The notes beneath the pieces were generated by a model. The model saw nothing but the letters and a program-made list of their open reading frames with translations. It was not told the origin of the DNA and did not search any database. Source: an uncultured delta proteobacterium (GTDB lineage Bacteria > Desulfobacterota > Desulfobacteria > Desulfobacterales > UBA2156). From it: DNA of 64,000 nt. Below, piece by piece: positions 19,487-29,129 of this stretch (the first letter of the stretch is position 1; every line of letters begins with the position of its first letter). Made by a program: the position numbers and the translations under genes. The stretch covers positions 96,001-160,000 of the forward strand of contig CAVTQK010000017.1 of assembly GCA_963736855.1 (NCBI GenBank). The letters run 5' to 3'.

Positions 19487-20781
19487 CCCGATCCGGATTT
19501 CAATTCTCCCAAGACAGATTCTGCGGCGCGGATCGTCTCGTCAATATGCTCGATATTGTGCGCCGAGGATACGAAGAGGACCTCGAACTGGGAAGGGGCA
19601 AGGTAAATTCCCTTATCCAGCATGCCGTTGTAATAGCGGCGGAAACGGTCAAGATCGCTCGCCTTGGCCTCTGAAAAGCACGTGACCGGTCCCTGGGTGA
19701 AAAACATCCCCATCATAGATCCCACGCGATCGATATAAACCGGAATTTCGGCGGCATCCGCAGCCTGTTTCAACCCTTGGGCCAGGTAGCGGGATTTTTC
19801 TTCCAGGGCGTCGTAGAATCCGGGGTTTTGAATCTCCTTCAAGGTGGCGATTCCGGCGGTCATGGCCACGGGGTTTCCGGAAAGGGTTCCGGCCTGATAG
19901 ACCGGCCCCTGGGGGGCGATGTGTTCCATGATATCGCGTCTTCCGCCGTAGGCTCCCACCGGCATACCGCCGCCGATGATTTTTCCCAGGGTGGTCAAAT
20001 CGGGCGTGATGCCGTAAAGGGCCTGGGCACCCCCGTAGGCCACCCGGAAGCCGGTCATGACTTCGTCAAAAATCAGGAGGCTTCCGGTCTTTTGGGTTTC
20101 CTCGCGCAGGGTTTCCAGGAATCCCGGTTGCGGCGAGACCAGCCCCATATTCCCGGCCACGGGTTCTATCATGACGCAGGCGATTTTTCCCCCGTGCTTC
20201 TGCATGGTATCCCTGAAACGCTGGGAATCATTATAGGGCAACGAGAGGGTATGATCGGCAAATGATTGCGGGACGCCCGGACTCCCCGGAATGCCGAGGG
20301 TGGCGACTCCGGATCCGGCTTCCACCAGGAGGGCGTCCGCGTGGCCGTGGTAGCACCCCTCGAACTTGAGTATCTTGTCTCTGCCGGTGAATCCCCGGGC
20401 GAGCCGGATGGCGCTCATGGTAGCCTCGGTCCCGGAATTGACCATTCGGACCATTTCGATGGAAGGAACCGCTTCGATGATCCTCTGGGCCAGTTCCACC
20501 TCCAGATCGGTGGGCGCCCCAAAACTTGTTCCACGCTCCAGTACTTTTTGGATGGCGATGATTACCGCAGAGTGTCGGTGTCCCAGGATCAGGGGACCCC
20601 ATGAGCCGAGGTAATCGATATATCGGTTCCCGTCGACATCATAGATCAGGCATCCGATGGCCCGATCGATAAAGATCGGATCGGATCCCACCGCCTTGCA
20701 GGCGCGGACCGGGCTGTTGACGCCGCCGGGTATCCGTTTTTGGGCATTTTGAAAAAGTTGTCTCGATTGCATACGTTTCAT
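19483..20781 (-). CDS. hemL: Glutamate-1-semialdehyde 2,1-aminomutase
   Basis: [27 protein letters not shown] and [13 protein letters not shown] (PLP lysine). Confidence 0.97.
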   Translation of the reverse strand: MKRMQSRQLFQNAQKRIPGGVNSPVRACKAVGSDPIFIDRAIGCLIYDVDGNRYIDYLGSWGPLILGHRHSAVIIAIQKVLERGTSFGAPTDLEVELAQRIIEAVPSIEMVRMVNSGTEATMSAIRLARGFTGRDKILKFEGCYHGHADALLVEAGSGVATLGIPGSPGVPQSFADHTLSLPYNDSQRFRDTMQKHGGKIACVMIEPVAGNMGLVSPQPGFLETLREETQKTGSLLIFDEVMTGFRVAYGGAQALYGITPDLTTLGKIIGGGMPVGAYGGRRDIMEHIAPQGPVYQAGTLSGNPVAMTAGIATLKEIQNPGFYDALEEKSRYLAQGLKQAADAAEIPVYIDRVGSMMGMFFTQGPVTCFSEAKASDLDRFRRYYNGMLDKGIYLAPSQFEVLFVSSAHNIEHIDETIRAAESVLGELKSGSG

Positions 20782-20878
20782 AGTTTTATCCTTTTTTCTA
20801 TCGGCCACGGCTTTACATAAAAAGAAAAAGCGCGTAAAAACTTACCAAACCCGATCCATCGGGTCAAGGTGAGCAACG

Positions 20879-21673
20879 ATGGGCCAAAAAAAGAACGTGA
20901 AACAGATCGCTAAATTTCTCGCCTATGTGCTGGGGAGACGGCCGGACGAATTCGGCTTGGTCCCCGATGTAGAAGGATTCGTTAAAATCAATACTCTGCT
21001 CCAGGTCCTGAGTGAGGAGCCGGGATGGGGTTTTCTACGTCGAGCTTTCCTGGACGAAATCATTGCCGTATTTCCTGAGCCTGTCATCGAAATTCGAGAA
21101 AATCGGATTCGCGCCATGGATCGGGTGAATCTGATCCAGGCATCGCCTGCTCTCTTCGTTTCACCACAGTTATTCATCTGCATCCGGCGGAGGGCCTATG
21201 CCCATGCCTTTGAAAATGGGCTTCATGCTGCACAACCGGATCGCCTCCTTTTGTCCGATTCCAGGGACATGGCTTTAAGGATCGGAAGGCGCATGGATCC
21301 TAATCCGGTCCTCCTGACGGTTACTGTCCACGCGGCTCAACAAAAGGGGGTAATCTTTTTCAAGGCCGGCGACTCTCTTTATCTTGCCGATCAGATTCCC
21401 CTTGGTTGTTTCTCCGGTCCACCTCTGCCAAAGGAAACAACCGCCATGCCTTCAAAACCTGAAAAAGCGCCGGATCGAAGGGCATCGGCCGGAAGTTTTT
21501 TCCTGGATTTGGGGCCGAAAAACGGGTCACCCGCGGCAAAAGGAAAAACCAGAGGCGGTCGGAGTCCTTCCTGGAAAAGGGACCGGAAACGGTTGCGCAA
21601 AGAAAAAGAGAAACTTCGGCTAAAAGGGGGCTCTTCCTTCTCTCTCGGGGACATATGGGGAGAGGATGGATAG
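20879..21673 (+). CDS. KptA/Tpt1 (RNA 2'-phosphotransferase)-like protein with degenerate active site
   Basis: AKFLAYVLGRRPDEFGLVPDVEGFV N-lobe, IRA, A.RIGRR..PVLLTV and G..F....YL...IP C-lobe pattern. Confidence 0.75.
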   Translation: MGQKKNVKQIAKFLAYVLGRRPDEFGLVPDVEGFVKINTLLQVLSEEPGWGFLRRAFLDEIIAVFPEPVIEIRENRIRAMDRVNLIQASPALFVSPQLFICIRRRAYAHAFENGLHAAQPDRLLLSDSRDMALRIGRRMDPNPVLLTVTVHAAQQKGVIFFKAGDSLYLADQIPLGCFSGPPLPKETTAMPSKPEKAPDRRASAGSFFLDLGPKNGSPAAKGKTRGGRSPSWKRDRKRLRKEKEKLRLKGGSSFSLGDIWGEDG

Positions 21674-22096
21674 GCTTCCATCTTTTTCCACTTTCACGGC
21701 CGTGTGCCGATAGGTGGAGTACCAGATGCCGATTTGCCGTCCTTGTGGGTCCAGGATTTCGGATCCCACAGGATCTTCCTGATGATACGGGAAATACATG
21801 AAGTTGAGCATTCTCTTGAATTTTTCCCCTTTCGGGTCCACCGGCGTCCACATCCTGGAGTTGAATCGGATATCCGGCCGGATCCCGACGACGGCATAGG
21901 GCATGAATTCTCTTCCATTGTAATAATAACGGTATTCTTCAGGGACCTGTGCCTCCTTGAACTGGAGGGTAATAGACGGGTTGCCCCTCAGGTTTCCGTA
22001 AGCTTTAAAGCACCCTGATAATATAAACCCCAGCATCAGCAGGACGACCCCGCTGAAAGCCAAGCGAAACCACGATATCTGTAATAAATTTTTCAT
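21620..22096 (-). CDS. Putative lipoprotein
   Basis: Hydrophobic N-terminal segment ending in a LSGC lipobox. Confidence 0.7.
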   Translation of the reverse strand: MKNLLQISWFRLAFSGVVLLMLGFILSGCFKAYGNLRGNPSITLQFKEAQVPEEYRYYYNGREFMPYAVVGIRPDIRFNSRMWTPVDPKGEKFKRMLNFMYFPYHQEDPVGSEILDPQGRQIGIWYSTYRHTAVKVEKDGSLSILSPYVPEREGRAPF

Positions 22097-22153
22097 GTAT
22101 TGATTCTCCTCGTTTCCCAGGGGTTGTCATGGCGTGTTTCCCGGACAGCATCT

Positions 22154-22498
22154 TCAACATGGATCGATGGTGCCGTCGTCCTCGATGAGATAACACCGGC
22201 GGTCATCGTCTTCCATAAAAAAAGATGCTGTTCGATCCGTTTCCGTATCCCCCATGTCCCTGAAGACCGACAGGTAATACCATCCTTCAGAGATATCTTC
22301 GAAATAATCCATGGATTCAAAGCGCGGATAGCGCTTCAGGTCCAGGGTCTCAACGATTTGATCATCCACCTGGCGGCGCAACTCCACCCGATAATCATGC
22401 TCGTCATAGTTATAGATCTGGATATACCCATCAAAGGATAGGCGACATCCGAAGAATAATAGAAAAATCATACCACCCAGGACACCAAGGTATTTCAT
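22154..22498 (-). CDS. Putative small lipoprotein
   Basis: MKYLGVLGGMIFLLFFGC signal/lipobox and an acidic beta-rich body. Confidence 0.65.
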   Translation of the reverse strand: MKYLGVLGGMIFLLFFGCRLSFDGYIQIYNYDEHDYRVELRRQVDDQIVETLDLKRYPRFESMDYFEDISEGWYYLSVFRDMGDTETDRTASFFMEDDDRRCYLIEDDGTIDPC

Positions 22499-22566
22499 GG
22501 GTCTTTTTCCATCCGTTATCTTTCCTATGTTCTAAAAATAGAACAGCTTTTCAAGCTTGTCATCTT

Positions 22567-24606
22567 TCATATAGCCTTTGGCCCTTTAGACAGGGAAAGC
22601 ACCGACTCCGGGCGGATTGCAGTGGATTCCGTCGGAGACTTTTCCGATAAAAGGGGATGTTTTCGGATCGTCCAGGATTCCCGGTACATGAAGGCGATGA
22701 CTGTGAAAAAAAGAAATTCTATCAGGTCATCCACGAAAAGGGACGGTCTTTTTTCCAAAAGGATTTCCCGGTATCGGGATTCTTGTTCCAATAGCCGCTT
22801 GAGATGCTCGAGGGAGGATAGAAAGTTTAAAACCTGCTCCCGGGTTTGGGCTTTGTGGCTCGAATTATTTTCCTCAAGGCTATGGATTTGTTTCCCGATG
22901 GATTCGGCGTCGGATGCGGCAAGGGCTTCCAGTTGGGTCTTCGGAAGTGACGTTTGGGAGGACAATAAAGAGGAGATTCGGTCCTTCAGTTCGTCATGAG
23001 TTTTCTCCAGCAGTTCCTGAAGCATCGGGCAGATCAACTCCGACAGGGAAATTTTCAGGGATTTCAGAGCGTCTCGATAATGGGATCCTTGCCAGGTCAG
23101 TTCGCTGACCGCGCTGTGCCAGAAGACCCAGCTGGCATGTTGGAAAAGATCTGCCGGAGCCCGGTCTTTCAGGGATGACTTCCGGGACGCAAGGACAATT
23201 TCAGGCAAGAGCTTGCCGGTTTTTTCAAAAAGCGTCTCACCGGTCGCGGCAAAAAAAATCAGTCCGACAGCGGCATAAACGTCCTGAAGGAAGAAGGTTC
23301 TCTTCAAATCTCCCAGCAGTTTTTCTAGGAAAGGGTTGGGAAAAAGATGAGAAGGTGTCGAAAAGGCAGGGGTTCCGGTACAGAGGGGTTGTTCGATGGC
23401 GTCCGTGTTTGAATCCAGTGCCACCGCGGTTTCCAGGTCGATGAGTCCCAGTTCAATAATTTCCGGATCCACCACCCCGCGTTCAAGCCTTTCAGGCTCG
23501 GCCACAATAAAGATGTTTTCCGGCTTGAGGTCTCGCAAGGAAAGTGCCTGTGATTTCAGGTTCGCCAGTAAGGAGAGAATGCTTGTGATGATGCCGGTGA
23601 TTTTTCCTTTGTTTCTTTCCCTCCAGGTTTTTTCAGTCTGTTGCCGATTGGCTTTACGGAAGGCGTTGATGGTCTCCCGATGCTTTTCTGAAAAACGGGC
23701 TAAAAACCCCGGCAGCGTTTGAATCAACGGCTCGGGAAGCCCAGGTTCTCCGCTCTTCAGGTTCTGACCGGATAGGTGCGCCGTAAACCATGCCCGACGT
23801 CGTGGCGTGGAAACGGAAGCGTCGCATCGATATTGGCCTAGGATGTCGGCGATCCATTCTTCATACTCGGCCAAGACATGTCCCATCTCAAAGATTGCCG
23901 GATCCTCTTCGGCGATCAGCAGAGGATCGATCCCATGCGTTTCCCAGAGAGAGTCGGTCGGCTTCAGGAAATCGCGGGTAAAAATATCGTTTCGGCCGTG
24001 GATCTTATCAATTTCCTGGATTAAAAAGGTGTATTGCGATAGATTCATGAAAAAGGCAAATGATCCCCCGATTTGCAGGTAGTTCTGAAGATTCGGTTCT
24101 TTCCTGAGAAGAAAGATGTACCGTTTTTCGATTTCCTCCGGTGACCGAGCCTTCGGGTGGTGAAGTTGGGGAATTTTGTTCAGCACTGTGGAAAGAGAGG
24201 GGACTATGCACCGGATGGGGGGTGCAGCTTTCTGAGCGATGCGCCAGTCCCTGCTGATGCATTGAATGTAAGTGTTGAATTCATAGATAGGCTGGAGTGG
24301 GATTTTCACGACCATCAGATCATCAAAAATTACATGATAGCAGGTGCTCCTATTGGTGATATTGGCTCCGAGCCTTCCAAGGGTCATGCGTCTGGATCGC
24401 CACGTTCCCTGATGGTTGACCCGAAGGGTGTAAATCAGGTTCGAAACAGGGTTCTCGTAAGTCTGCGGTGCCATTTCTACCCGGCTTTCGGCTGCAGGAT
24501 CTGCCGAAAGCTGCAGCTTGTAAAGCTTTAAAAAAAACAGGAGGATGGCATCGGATCCCCTCGATACTTGTCTTTTCGCATCGATTTCAGTATTGAATTC
24601 CGTCAT
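22567..24606 (-). CDS. Atypical Hanks-type Ser/Thr protein kinase
   Basis: MVVKIP (VAIK equivalent), LRDLKPENIF catalytic loop, LIDLE (DFG equivalent), GTPAFSTP and QDVYA. Confidence 0.8.
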   Translation of the reverse strand: MTEFNTEIDAKRQVSRGSDAILLFFLKLYKLQLSADPAAESRVEMAPQTYENPVSNLIYTLRVNHQGTWRSRRMTLGRLGANITNRSTCYHVIFDDLMVVKIPLQPIYEFNTYIQCISRDWRIAQKAAPPIRCIVPSLSTVLNKIPQLHHPKARSPEEIEKRYIFLLRKEPNLQNYLQIGGSFAFFMNLSQYTFLIQEIDKIHGRNDIFTRDFLKPTDSLWETHGIDPLLIAEEDPAIFEMGHVLAEYEEWIADILGQYRCDASVSTPRRRAWFTAHLSGQNLKSGEPGLPEPLIQTLPGFLARFSEKHRETINAFRKANRQQTEKTWRERNKGKITGIITSILSLLANLKSQALSLRDLKPENIFIVAEPERLERGVVDPEIIELGLIDLETAVALDSNTDAIEQPLCTGTPAFSTPSHLFPNPFLEKLLGDLKRTFFLQDVYAAVGLIFFAATGETLFEKTGKLLPEIVLASRKSSLKDRAPADLFQHASWVFWHSAVSELTWQGSHYRDALKSLKISLSELICPMLQELLEKTHDELKDRISSLLSSQTSLPKTQLEALAASDAESIGKQIHSLEENNSSHKAQTREQVLNFLSSLEHLKRLLEQESRYREILLEKRPSLFVDDLIEFLFFTVIAFMYRESWTIRKHPLLSEKSPTESTAIRPESVLSLSKGPKAI

Positions 24607-24704
24607 GGACGCACTTTCTTTGTGGAAGTCTTACACCGATTCGGGATCCATATCAAGCCGGTCGGCGAGAAACCGGCATCCAAAAATTCCGACAGGAGGA
24701 CCCC

Positions 24705-25430
24705 ATGCCGGTACTGACGCTTGAAACCGATACGGGTATCCGGAAAGAATATATTCTGAAAGAGGGGATTTCCCTGTCCATCGGACGCCAGGAAAACAAC
24801 GACATCGTCATCCCGGACACCTCCGTCTCCCGCCATCATGCAGGCATAGAATCAGAAGGGGATGCTTTTTTCCTCACCGATTACCAAAGCCGGAATGGAT
24901 CTTTCGTCAATGGACAGTTGGTGATTTTTAGAAAGCTGGCTCATGGGGATGTGATCACCATCGGCAACCAGACCATGTCTTTTTTTTACCGGGAAGTAGA
25001 AAAGCGACCCGAAGAGGAAGCGGAAGAGAAGTCCGAAATGACGATGGCCATAGACACCCGGGATCACCGGTCTCTTTTGGCCCGGGGGGTTGCCGGACTG
25101 GTTTCGGATTCTGAAACGGGCGGGCTGATGGGGGTACTGGTTTATATCTCCGGAGGCAGCGGAGAAGTGCTCCTGGAAAAGGATACTGTACGCATTGGGA
25201 AAAGCGCGGATTCTGACATTGTCATCCGGGGAATTCTGGTGGGAAAAACTGCGGCGATTATCCTTAAAAGCCATGATGGATATGTGATTCGCCCCGGCGA
25301 AGGGATGGCTAAACCCAAGGTCAACTTCACAGCGCTCAAGGATGAAGCTCGACTCAACGAGTTCGACGTTATCGACATCGGCTCCGTGAAGCTTCAATTT
25401 CAATACCGGAGGCATCAAGACCGGGTGTGA
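24705..25430 (+). CDS. Double FHA domain protein
   Basis: FHA1: IGR..NDIVI..VSRHHA..SRNGSFVNG; FHA2 degenerate (IGK..DIVI..VN..L..FDVIDIG). Confidence 0.9.
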   Translation: MPVLTLETDTGIRKEYILKEGISLSIGRQENNDIVIPDTSVSRHHAGIESEGDAFFLTDYQSRNGSFVNGQLVIFRKLAHGDVITIGNQTMSFFYREVEKRPEEEAEEKSEMTMAIDTRDHRSLLARGVAGLVSDSETGGLMGVLVYISGGSGEVLLEKDTVRIGKSADSDIVIRGILVGKTAAIILKSHDGYVIRPGEGMAKPKVNFTALKDEARLNEFDVIDIGSVKLQFQYRRHQDRV

Positions 25431-25499
25431 AGCTCCATGCGGCGGGGAGTGGGGGAGTGAGTCTGCTGAGACGGTTTAAGATCGTTCAAAGAGAGGATT

Positions 25500-27776
25500 A
25501 TGGCTGATCCAGCACCGGTAAGCCGATTCCAAACGCCGGCCGTGATTCGGTTTCAGACATGTCCCAAAGCGGTTCTTCTGGGTCTAGGGACTGTCATGAT
25601 CGTGTCGGTCATCCTCCTGGTTGTTTACCTGCTTGCCATGCGACCGGTTTCATCGGGTTACATTGCAGATCCGGTATTCTGGGGGCTGGCGGCGACTTGG
25701 GCTCTTTCAACCTTGTCTGCCGGTATCCTTCTCTTTCGGTGGTTCATCAGCCCCTCGGAGAAACTCGCCCATTTTCTCTTGCTCAAAAGCCGGAAGCAGG
25801 AGGTCTCCGAAGATCGACGCGTTCCCGGCAACTGGCTCCCATGGTTCAATGTAGTTTCCACGATTTTCAATCGGACGGAACTGCTGGCGGACGAAGTAGA
25901 AAAAAAGAGTGCCCAGCTTCAGGAAAAGATCAACCTGATCCGCCGTTTTTCCTGGGTTTTTGAAAGGAATGAAGAACTCACCGCGGAAGTGGAGAAAAAG
26001 AACGGTGAGCTTGAAATGGCGGTGGAAAAATATCGACTGGCCGCCGAGGAGCTCAAAAGCCATCGAGATCACCTGGAAGAAATGGTGAACGAGAGGACCC
26101 GTGAAGTTTCCATCGCCAACGAGAAGCTCAAGGAGATGATCGAAAGAGCCAATGAAATGGCCGAAAAAGCCCAAGCCGCCAACCAGGCCAAGACCCGGTT
26201 TTTAGCCAACATGAGTCACGAGATCCGCACTCCCTTGAATGCCATCATCGGGTTCACCGATATGATGCTGGAGACCAAATTAGACGAGGACCAGCTTGAT
26301 TACGTCAATATCACCCGCAAGAGCAGCGAGGCCTTGTTTGGATTGCTGAACAACATCCTGGATTTTTCCAAAATCGAGGCCGGAGAATTGGACCTGGAGT
26401 GCGTGGATTTCGATCCTGAGCTGTTGGTCTTTGATATCTGCGAAGTCATCCGGCCCAAGATCGGAAACAACCCGGTGGAAGTCATCTGCCGCATCGGTGA
26501 CAAGGTGCCCCAGACTGTCAAGGGAGATCCGAGTCGGTTCCGGCAGGTTCTGACCAACCTGATGGGAAATGCCGCCAAATTCACACGATCCGGAGAGATC
26601 GAGTTGTTTTTAGACGTGGAACAGGAGGCGCCGGTGCGTATCGAGCTTCATACGGCGGTCCGGGACACAGGAATCGGGATTGCCGAAGGGAAGCTTGAAA
26701 GCATTTTCGATCCCTTTCAGCAGGCGGACGAGTCGATGACCCGGGAGTATGGCGGTACCGGCCTCGGATTGTCCATCTCACGTCAGATCGCTAGTCTGAT
26801 GAAAGGGGATGTATGGGCGGAAAGCCGGCCGGGTTTCGGGAGCACATTTCATTTTAAGGCATGGATGGAGCTTCCGGAACAACGGCCGGAAAAGCAGCGC
26901 GCTCCCTTAACCCTTGCCGGGAAAAGGGTGTTAGCCCTGGATCGAAGCCCTGCGCATCTCAAAATTCTGACACAGGGGCTGGAGTCCGCCGGCATGGAAG
27001 TCATCGGGGTTGATAGTGTGTCCGAGGCGATCCATGCCTTCAAGGAAAGTTTAACCTCTGGCAGGAAGATCGATCTAGGGATCTTGGATATCCAGGCGCC
27101 TGCGGGAGGCGGTTGCCTCCTGGCATCCACCATTAAATCGCTCGGGAATACCGTGTCCGGCGTGCCGCTGATCGCCCTGTCCGCATCTTTGGAACGGGAG
27201 GGACAGAATTGCCGTCGCGCTGGTTTCGGCGCCTTCCTTTCCAAACCGTTCCCCATGTCCAGGCTGTTTCAAGTGGCCGAACGCCTCCTGTCGAATAAGG
27301 ATACGGCCCTATTCCGGGAAGGGCTTGTGACGCGGCATTCAGTTCAGGAGGAAATAAAACGTTCGGTGCGAATTCTTCTAGTTGAAGATAATCCGGTAAA
27401 CCAGAAGCTTTCCCAGACCATGCTGTTCAAAGCCGGATATCAGGTGGAAGTTGCTCAAAACGGAAGGGTGGCCCTCGAAAAATACTCCGCGGATCCGAAG
27501 GAAGTCGATCTGATCCTCATGGATGTACAGATGCCGGAGATGGACGGCATCGAGGCGACGCAGGAAATCCGGAAGGTGGAATCCGACCTTCCTGAAGATC
27601 AAAAGCGGCGCGTTCCTGTCATTGCCCTGACCGCCCATGCCATGAAAGGTGATCGGGAAATGTGTCTGGATGCCGGCATGGACGATTACCTCACCAAACC
27701 GATCAAGCGCGAGGTCGTCCTGGAAATCCTTAAAAAATGGATTTTGAGAAACGATCGTGTCGCGCACTCCATTTAA
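25500..27776 (+). CDS. Membrane hybrid sensor histidine kinase with two receiver domains
   Basis: Two TM segments, coiled coil, [10 protein letters not shown]-box, N/G1/F/G2 boxes, REC (ILDIQ..KP) and REC (VEDN..MDVQMP..KP). Confidence 0.95.
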   Translation: MADPAPVSRFQTPAVIRFQTCPKAVLLGLGTVMIVSVILLVVYLLAMRPVSSGYIADPVFWGLAATWALSTLSAGILLFRWFISPSEKLAHFLLLKSRKQEVSEDRRVPGNWLPWFNVVSTIFNRTELLADEVEKKSAQLQEKINLIRRFSWVFERNEELTAEVEKKNGELEMAVEKYRLAAEELKSHRDHLEEMVNERTREVSIANEKLKEMIERANEMAEKAQAANQAKTRFLANMSHEIRTPLNAIIGFTDMMLETKLDEDQLDYVNITRKSSEALFGLLNNILDFSKIEAGELDLECVDFDPELLVFDICEVIRPKIGNNPVEVICRIGDKVPQTVKGDPSRFRQVLTNLMGNAAKFTRSGEIELFLDVEQEAPVRIELHTAVRDTGIGIAEGKLESIFDPFQQADESMTREYGGTGLGLSISRQIASLMKGDVWAESRPGFGSTFHFKAWMELPEQRPEKQRAPLTLAGKRVLALDRSPAHLKILTQGLESAGMEVIGVDSVSEAIHAFKESLTSGRKIDLGILDIQAPAGGGCLLASTIKSLGNTVSGVPLIALSASLEREGQNCRRAGFGAFLSKPFPMSRLFQVAERLLSNKDTALFREGLVTRHSVQEEIKRSVRILLVEDNPVNQKLSQTMLFKAGYQVEVAQNGRVALEKYSADPKEVDLILMDVQMPEMDGIEATQEIRKVESDLPEDQKRRVPVIALTAHAMKGDREMCLDAGMDDYLTKPIKREVVLEILKKWILRNDRVAHSI

Positions 27777-27805
27777 AAAAGTGAGGGTAAGTCCACGGCA
27801 GACTC

Positions 27806-28690
27806 ATGGAAATGCTCCATCCCATACCTCAATGTACGGAATGCCTCTTGTCGCTTGCCCGAAATGCCGCGAAGTTGGCAGCCGGAGAAAATCCGGAATT
27901 CGTCGAGAAGATGGAATCCACGGCAAAAGATTTCCTGACGCAAGCCCAGAACAGAAAATGGACCTCTCCCCAGATCGCCAATAAAATTCTACGGCGGATC
28001 CGCGATGCGACGGGAACTTTCGATCCGTACCGGGAATTCAAAATCCGGGAGATGGATCAGGCCAAAAGAATCTATGACCACATGAAGGCTCAACTTCCGC
28101 AGGATTTAAGAGGAAGGATCCGAACTGCCGTTGCGGGGAACAGCTTCGACTTTTTCAAGGATCCGGAAGCCCTTTGCGACGACATCCTCCGGTCCCTGGC
28201 GGATGCGGCACCGTTTGCCTATGACCATGTGGATCGGCTGGAGACTTTCCTGGAATCCGGCAAGAGGAAAATTCTATATTTTACGGATAATGCGGGGGAA
28301 GTCTATTTCGACCTCCCCTTATTGGATTATCTGGCAAAGAAAGATGGGTGGCCGATTCTTGTTGTCAAGGGCGGTCCGGCCCTCAACGACCTGACGCGAT
28401 CCGATCTCGAACGAGCAGGCTTGATGGATCGTTTTGATCAGGTGGAAGATACCGGGACCGACGGAGCCGGCATAGATTGGGAACGGGTCTCGGATCGCTT
28501 CATGGGACTGATAAAGGAATCTGACTTGATTCTGTCCAAGGGAATGGCCAACTTTGAGACGGTTTTCCCGAAAGACCTTCCGTGTCCTATATTGTTTTTG
28601 TTCCGGGTCAAATGCGAACCGATCCATCGCTATATTGCTGCTCCGGTGAACAGCAACGTCGCCTTGTGGAAAGACGCCGGAATCACTTAA
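27806..28690 (+). CDS. DUF89/ARMT1-like damage-control phosphatase
   Basis: N-terminal CxxC, DPY, GN.FD, DNAGE, ND and KGMANFE motifs. Confidence 0.9.
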   Translation: MEMLHPIPQCTECLLSLARNAAKLAAGENPEFVEKMESTAKDFLTQAQNRKWTSPQIANKILRRIRDATGTFDPYREFKIREMDQAKRIYDHMKAQLPQDLRGRIRTAVAGNSFDFFKDPEALCDDILRSLADAAPFAYDHVDRLETFLESGKRKILYFTDNAGEVYFDLPLLDYLAKKDGWPILVVKGGPALNDLTRSDLERAGLMDRFDQVEDTGTDGAGIDWERVSDRFMGLIKESDLILSKGMANFETVFPKDLPCPILFLFRVKCEPIHRYIAAPVNSNVALWKDAGIT

Positions 28691-28989
28691 AGCGCATATC
28701 GGCCTTTTCCTGTTTGGCGTTTTTAGAGGCCTCCGTCAACCACCCTGTTTTTGGATCTTTCACTCCATCGAACCGGCCGACATAGGGCTTGATGTCCAGA
28801 AGCGGAGTCCCGTCAACGATATCCACGTTTTCGATGAACAGAATATGCCTTTCGATACGCATCAATCGTACTACGGAGATTCTAAAGGGATTAGGGCGTT
28901 TCGGCGCCCGAAGGCTGGATCGGGGCCCATTCCACGATCCGAAAAGGTGAATGAATGATACCGATGGGGATGTAGGAAAGCGAGAGCAT
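28683..28989 (-). pseudogene. tsaA: TsaA/TrmO tRNA methyltransferase remnant with internal deletion
   Basis: PIGIIHSPF..PIQPSGA fused out of frame to PKRPNP..SVVRL..VDIVDGTPLLDIKPY; central part missing. Confidence 0.8.
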
Positions 28990-28999
28990 GGTTTTTATT

Positions 29000-29075
29000 T
29001 GGTACGCCCGGCTGGGATCGAACCAGCGGCTTTCAGCTCCGGAGGCTGACGCTCTATCCACTGAGCTACGGGCGC
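29000..29075 (-). tRNA. tRNA-Arg(CCG)
   Basis: TCAGC-CTCCGGA-GCTGA anticodon arm, GGTTCGATCCC T-arm, encoded CCA; TTGACT-N17-TAGATT promoter at 29091-29119. Confidence 0.97.
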
Positions 29076-29129
29076 ACTTTGTGGGAAAAGAATCTACGAT
29101 AACCCAGACGGAGAGTCAATCCCCATTTT

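Noticed and set aside
28990..29075. Island integrated at tRNA-Arg(CCG)
   Set aside because: No integrase, no duplicated tRNA 3' end noticed, and no obvious compositional shift downstream.
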